A stretch of DNA of 64,000 nt from the NCBI RefSeq assembly GCF_009914755.1, contig NC_060925.1; one strand, 5' to 3'. This document shows positions 58,719-64,000 of the stretch, in pieces. The notes below the pieces were generated by a model. It ran no database searches. It worked only from the letters and a program-made list of their open reading frames with translations, and was not told the DNA's origin. A program made the translations under genes and the position numbers. Source of the stretch: the human T2T-CHM13v2.0 reference genome, Homo sapiens. The first letter of the stretch is position 1, and the number at the start of each line of letters is the position of its first letter.

Positions 58719-61700
58719 TGGGCCAGGTATTCCTGAGGACCAGACTCAGTCTGGTCCTGTGTGAATCCAGCAGGCACACATGCTGGTTTGTTCCTTTTTG
58801 TTCTCTGTGGGCTATTTTTGTCGCTCAACTTCCCTTGTTTTGTGGAGGACCCTGACCCAATTCCATGTATGGGGAGAGCTGCTCCCCGATTCCAGCCAGA
58901 GACTGCAGTGATTGCTTCAAGGAGGAACACATGGCCCACACTGAGCCATCAGTCTTCCCCGGGAGACTTGAGCCCAGGATGTCTCTCCTCCAATGCCCAC
59001 AACTGCCCACACCATGCCAGCCCAGAGCCCCAGGAGCCACCACAGGGAGAGCCGACTTTGGACTTCTGACCGGCCTAACTGGAAAAGAACAAATTTGTGC
59101 TACTTTTAAGCAACCAAGTCTGTGGGACTTTCTTACAGGAGCCACAGGAAATCATACAGCTGTCCACGACTTATAAGCAGAAGACACCTGACCAATACCA
59201 GCTCAAGGGCCATCTCCCCCAGGAGGGCTTCCCAGGTGCTCCCAGGGTCCAGGCCCCAGGCTCACATGGCCCCTGTGCTTCCCTTGGTCACATCATTCGT
59301 CACCTATCTTGTGTTGAATTGCTCGCTGGCCAAGTTCTTGAAGAAAGAAGCCTCATTCCTCCTGTGTTCTTGGTACCGTCACAACTCAGTAAATGGTCAC
59401 GGAACCAAACAGAAGCTTTAGCAAAGCTACCCTCAAGCTTTTCTTTCCCACTGATGTTTTATAACATTCAGAAATGTATTCACACACAATGCAGGCCGTG
59501 ATGGCCCCAGGTGGGGATTTCAGAGAGGAAGTCTCTCCTGACGCAGATGCCCATGCTCCTCACCTGCCCCAGATTTCTGACCCGGTGCCTCCTGCCCTCT
59601 CCCTGGGTGTCTGCAGGACTCAGTGCCACACTTGGCCCAAGGACACTGCTGAAGGACGTGCATACGCCAGTCGACCCTCACAGGGAGCATGAAGCATGCC
59701 GGCCCCCTGCTGTACTAGGAGGGCAGACACTAGGCGGAAGGGCATCCATTCCGAAAGCACCTGCCACCCACACGGAAGTCCTGAGGCTCGGGATGTGGAG
59801 GCAGGGCAGTCCTAGTCTGAGGGGCCACGGAGGCCGAGGTGACACCTGAGACTCTGCAGGTGGGAGCCCAAGCGCCCGCAGCAGCTCTCACTGCCATCCC
59901 AGCACCTCACAAACCTCTCCGGGTGCCCTTCCACCTGCTCCTTGCTCCTTTCCACCTCTGCTCTGGCCTCTAGGAGTCAAACCAAATGCTCCCTCCTCAG
60001 AGCGAGAGCCCCATCCCCCACCTCCGGCTGCTCCCACACAGGGCAGGTGACAGAAGAGCCACCACGCTTCACCAGGGCTGTGCTGTAGTCCTGCGAGACT
60101 GTGAGCTCCATGACACCAGGCTGGGTCTTCAGCAAAAGTCTTTTAAGGATGAAATACAAATGCCCTGGAGGAAGTGCAGAGGGGCCTTTGGGGCCAAATC
60201 AACAATAAAAGAGAAAATCGAGAAGGCTCCAGGTCTTGAACCCAAGAAAAGGGTACAGTGGGCTCTCCAGGGGAAAAAAAAAAAGAAGAAGAAGAAAATA
60301 CACCCACTTTTAATGAGCCCCTGATGCAAGACAGGAACTCACATTCTATGGTTACTATTCCAACAACTCTGCCAAATGAGAATCATCATTATCGCCATCT
60401 TACAGATGAGAACACTGAGACTCAGAAAGGATAAACAGCCAATCCAAGGTCACACAGCTAGCTATTATAACTAGCTATTATAATAGTATTATAGATATAA
60501 TACTGTAAGCTATTATAACTACCTCCCACTACCTCAATCAAGGAGGCCAGGAGAGGCCAAGGGAGAAGAGAGGCCCAGAGGGAAAAAGTAAGAGCACCAA
60601 AGGAACCCAGGGCTAATGCTGTCTCCTCTTTAACTTCAGGACAGATTCGCAGCCTCCCCACCTGTTTCCAACCTCCAAAATGAGAGCTGTGAAATCTCCT
60701 TGAGATCTCTGCTTCTGCTGATCTATTCAGCAACTATTTCCCGAGCACTTGTGTTCCAGTGCATAAGAAGGCTGTCAAATGTGCTGTCTTCAAGCATCTA
60801 GAAAGCCAGTGGGGGAGAAAGACAAGAAAGTGACTGTGAGCAGCAACAGGCCCCCGGGAGGGTGCAGAGGTGAGCAGGGCTGAAGGAAGATGCAGGGGGT
60901 GGGAGGCGCTGTCAGGGTCCGGGAAGCCTCCTTCCCGGAATGGAAAATGTGTAATGCCTGAGACCCAGATGCCTTGGGGAGCTTTTGGGGAAGCAGAGGT
61001 CTGATTAAGCACTGCCTGGAATTCCCTCATTCATGAGCATTCTTTCAGCACCTACCCTGCGCCCGGGAGAAACGGTCTTGAACACAGCAGACAAGCTCGC
61101 TACCCCCATAGAATGTAAAGAAACGGGGCACAAATTAGCATACAAAAAGACACAAGTGTGACCTACGGAAACTGCACAGAGGAGGTGCAACGAACGGAGC
61201 CCTGGGTTAGGACCGGGAGGCGCTGCCCACCATCAACAGAAATACTCCTCCTTTTGCCAACTACACACGCGAGAGGCTGGATTTCCTTCACAGACGTCCA
61301 CCAAAGCCACACATCGCGACACACGGAGGCAGAAAGCAGCGGTCTCCTAAGAAGTTAGACACGAGGAATCTCGGGCAGCGAGGTGCCTGCAAGCCCGGGG
61401 GCGGGCGGGAGCAGCCTGCACGCGTGGGGAAGGGCACGCGGGAGCGGGTGGCGCCTTCCGGGCCGGGTCGGCCGGGAGGTTCCAAGGCAGGAAAGGGGCG
61501 CAGAAGGCCGGGACGGCGCCGGGTACAAAGCCTCGCAGGGACGCCCGAAGGCCGCAGAGCCACCGCGGGGAACTGACAGCCGGAGCCGGAGCTGGAGCCG
61601 GGGGGCGGGGAGGAGGGGCGGAGGGGCGCGGCCAGGCGGGGTCCGCGGACTCCGGCCTGGGAAGGATGCGCGCGGACTAGGGCGCGGGGAGCCAAGGCCC

Positions 61701-61749
61701 AGAACATCGGTACCGCGCTCCCTTCAGCCGAGGGGCTGCAGAGAGGCCA

Positions 61750-61795
61750 GGGGGCAGGGGGCAGGGGGCAGGGGGCAGGGGGCAAAGGGCAAGGG
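61750..61795 (+). repeat. (GGGGGCA)5 G-quadruplex-competent repeat
   Basis: Five G5 runs plus two G3 runs with short loops. Confidence 0.85.
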
Positions 61796-62064
61796 CAGAA
61801 AGGAACCCACGTAGCCAAACGGCACCCAGCGGCCCCGACCCCAAGTGTCCCGACGAGGGGGGACGCCTGCGACTAACGCGGGGACAGCCCCCGCCGCGCG
61901 CCACCGCCGCACCCCAGGCACCGGGCCCCCACGCAGGGACGGCGTGGACCACCCTACCCCCGAACCCCGAGGCTCTGGCCAACACTGAGGCCCCCTGTGC
62001 CTCGAGGCCGCGTCCAACCTCCCCCGCGGCGCCGGCCCACATGGTTCCGCCCGCCGCGGGCCGC

Positions 62065-62078
62065 GTTACCTAGGAGAC
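62065..62078. promoter_or_regulatory. RFX X-box motif GTTACCTAGGAGAC
   Basis: Fits the 14-bp imperfect palindrome GTNRCC-N2-GGNRAC typical of ciliary gene promoters. Confidence 0.7.
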
Positions 62079-62300
62079 CGACCCGCCGCGGCCGCGCCGG
62101 AGGCCACGGAGCCCACGCTTTTCAGAGAGTCTCCACTCGACGGACCCAGAGGCCCGGCGGCCGGTGCTCAACGGAGCCACAAGCCTGAGGACCGAGGACT
62201 GGCCGAGGGGCGCGCCCCGTCCGCTGCCACCCGCGGGAGGAGCCTCGGAAGGCGGCGCACCGCGCCGCACACTCAGTCCAAGAACCCGCCTCGCGTCACT
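62070..62300 (-). other. NPHP4: NPHP4 exon 1 (non-coding 5' UTR); 5' end approximate
   Basis: Lies in the CpG island just beyond the CCAAT cluster. Minus-strand donor CTAG|GTAACG with the last exonic base at 62070. The TSS cannot be fixed from sequence. Confidence 0.75.
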
Positions 62301-62479
62301 GTCGCCGTCAGGGCCGCGGAGCCAATCAGAGCCCAAGTCGAGGGCTGCGCTTTGCGAGCGCCAGCCAATCGGTGCGGCGGCGGGCCCATCCTGATTTGCA
62401 TGTCCGACGACCCCTCAACCAATGGTAATGTGACTGGCGTGAACAATAGCCAATCAGAAGCTGGAAGAGGCGTGGCCCC

Positions 62480-62614
62480 GGGCGTCCCACGAGGTGAAGA
62501 TGCTGCTGGCGGAACCTGCAGGAGCTAGCGGGATTCGGGGGCGCTAAAGTCGCAGGGGCAGGGCGGGAAGGAAGATCCGGCGCGGGGCACAGGATCCGGA
62601 GCTGGAGCCCCCAG
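62480..62614 (+). other. KCNAB2: Probable distal non-coding first exon of KCNAB2 (5' end uncertain)
   Basis: Perfect donor CCAG|GTGAGT after 62614 in the CpG island. KCNAB2 is the known head-to-head neighbour of NPHP4, so the identity rests on synteny, not coding sequence. Confidence 0.65.
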
Positions 62615-64000
62615 GTGAGTACCGGGGAGACCCCGGCGGGGCGCGCTTTCCACCAAGCTGCTCCGGGACGGCGGCGGCGGGTATCCGCGAGGCCCGCGCT
62701 GCGGCAGGCGCCGCGGTCCCGTCTCCATCTCTTCTTCCCCGGCCCTGCGTCCCTGCCTCCGCCGCTGTCTCACCTCCTCTCCAGCCTCCTCACCTCCTTC
62801 TCCATCGTCTCCCTTCCCCCATCCCTTTCTGTCTTTCCTTCCCTGTCCTCCCGCCCGCCCGACCCTTCAGCTCGCATCCCTGACCCCTGCCCCTGCCGCC
62901 GTCCCTCTTCCCGGTGCACCTCTTCCCCATCTCTGCCCGCTCCGGTCCTAGCAGCCTCGCCCTCCCCTTTCCTCCATCCTCCTCTCATCCCCTCTCCCGG
63001 CCTCTGCGCAGCCCCACCGGGGCGCTGCTGTTCCCGGTCCTCCCCATCTCTCCTCCTGATCGCTTCTCAAGGCTCATCCGTCGTTCTCGCTGCCTGTCCC
63101 TGTGTCGCTCCGGTCCCTTTCCCCACCCTCCCATTCTGCCCCCAGCCCCTCCGACCTCTCCCCGCGGGCACGCTCTCACCACCTTACCCTGCTCCCCAAG
63201 ACTGTGACCCTGCTTCCTGCACCAGTTCCTCGGGCTGTTTACAGCACACACACCGCCACTTCTGACCCTGAGCCCCTACTCCTATCTTAAGCTTCTCCCT
63301 CCTGCCAGGCCTTGGCACAAAGCACTTCCGCACCTCCCTACCTGCTGCTGCTCCCAGGATGCAAAGACCCCACTGCTGCACCGCGTCCTGCGGCATTAGC
63401 AGCAGCCGGGGTACCTGCCCACCTTCCCACCCCGCCAACCAGCCGCATCCTGGTGTCCCTCCTCCTGGCATTTGTCCTGGGGGCTCTTACAGGGACTGTG
63501 CTTTGCCCGCAGCATCCCGGGGTGCTCCAGGTGGAAAGCCCCTTAGCACCTTTCCTCCCTGGCCACCGTCTCCTTCCCTCCCCACCCCCACTTTCCTGCT
63601 CAGCCTCACTTTGTGATTCAGCATTTTTGGGGTTGGTAACTTTCTTGCTTCCTGTCGTGATAGGGACCTGGCTACGGAGCTGAAGGCAGGGGTCTTGACC
63701 CTGCGGTTAGCAGGGCCACCTTAGGAACCAGACCTGAGCTGCCTGGTTGGGAGGGGGCTGAGGAGCTGGGGACCGCCACTGGGGGTTGTCTTTTCCTCCC
63801 TTTCATTTGTCTGCCCTGTGTTGAACTGTGTCCAAGGGGAGATGACATAAGTAATAGCTCTTGGGGAAGTGGGCTATTAGCATTTATGGAAATTAATACA
63901 TCCACATCCGAGGAGCAAGAACACCAAGTTCAGGCCACAGCTGTCCCACTGTCTGTCGTTTCAGGATTTTTTCTTTCTCTGCAACTTCTCCTCCCCGACA

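Larger units (their letters stand above)
61300..62770. promoter_or_regulatory. CpG island / bidirectional promoter (NPHP4 minus, KCNAB2 plus)
   Basis: Very high GC and CpG density, GC boxes, four CCAAT boxes (62322, 62365, 62419, 62450), octamer ATTTGCAT at 62394-62401, and divergent first-exon donors at 62070 (-) and 62614 (+). Confidence 0.9.

Noticed and set aside
58730-58765. Peptide TRLSLVLR resembling a C-terminal NPHP4 segment
   Set aside because: Short coincidental match produced by a DNA palindrome; no exon context.
61288-63265. Long GC-rich ORFs in the CpG island
   Set aside because: Stop-codon scarcity at high GC; low-complexity translations with no recognisable domain.

Overview
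Human (primate) genomic DNA, identified from the encoded peptides as the 5' part of the ciliopathy gene NPHP4 (nephrocystin-4, 1p36) on the minus strand. I reconstructed a probable non-coding exon 1 (donor at 62070) and coding exons 2-10. All have GT-AG junctions and consistent phases, and they join into 1302 nt = 434 codons (MNDWHRIF...SASMSSEE); the gene continues off the left edge. A CpG island at about 61.3-62.8 kb is a head-to-head promoter shared with a plus-strand first exon that is probably the distal KCNAB2 exon. The introns hold about 20 Alus, L1 fragments, MaLR/ERV solo LTRs, Tigger/Charlie/MER20 elements, an apparently full-length piggyBac-family MER75, several VNTRs and a 1.4-kb almost pure G/A tract. 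Almost all other ORFs in the track are chance or repeat-derived. I found no wholly new gene system. The best leads are: an RFX X-box lying on the exon-1 splice donor, a 67-bp inverted templated insertion, direct duplications bracketing exon 2 and exon 4, candidate unproductive-splicing switches, and the purine tract. Repeat family names come from recalled consensus sequences rather than a search, and their boundaries are approximate.
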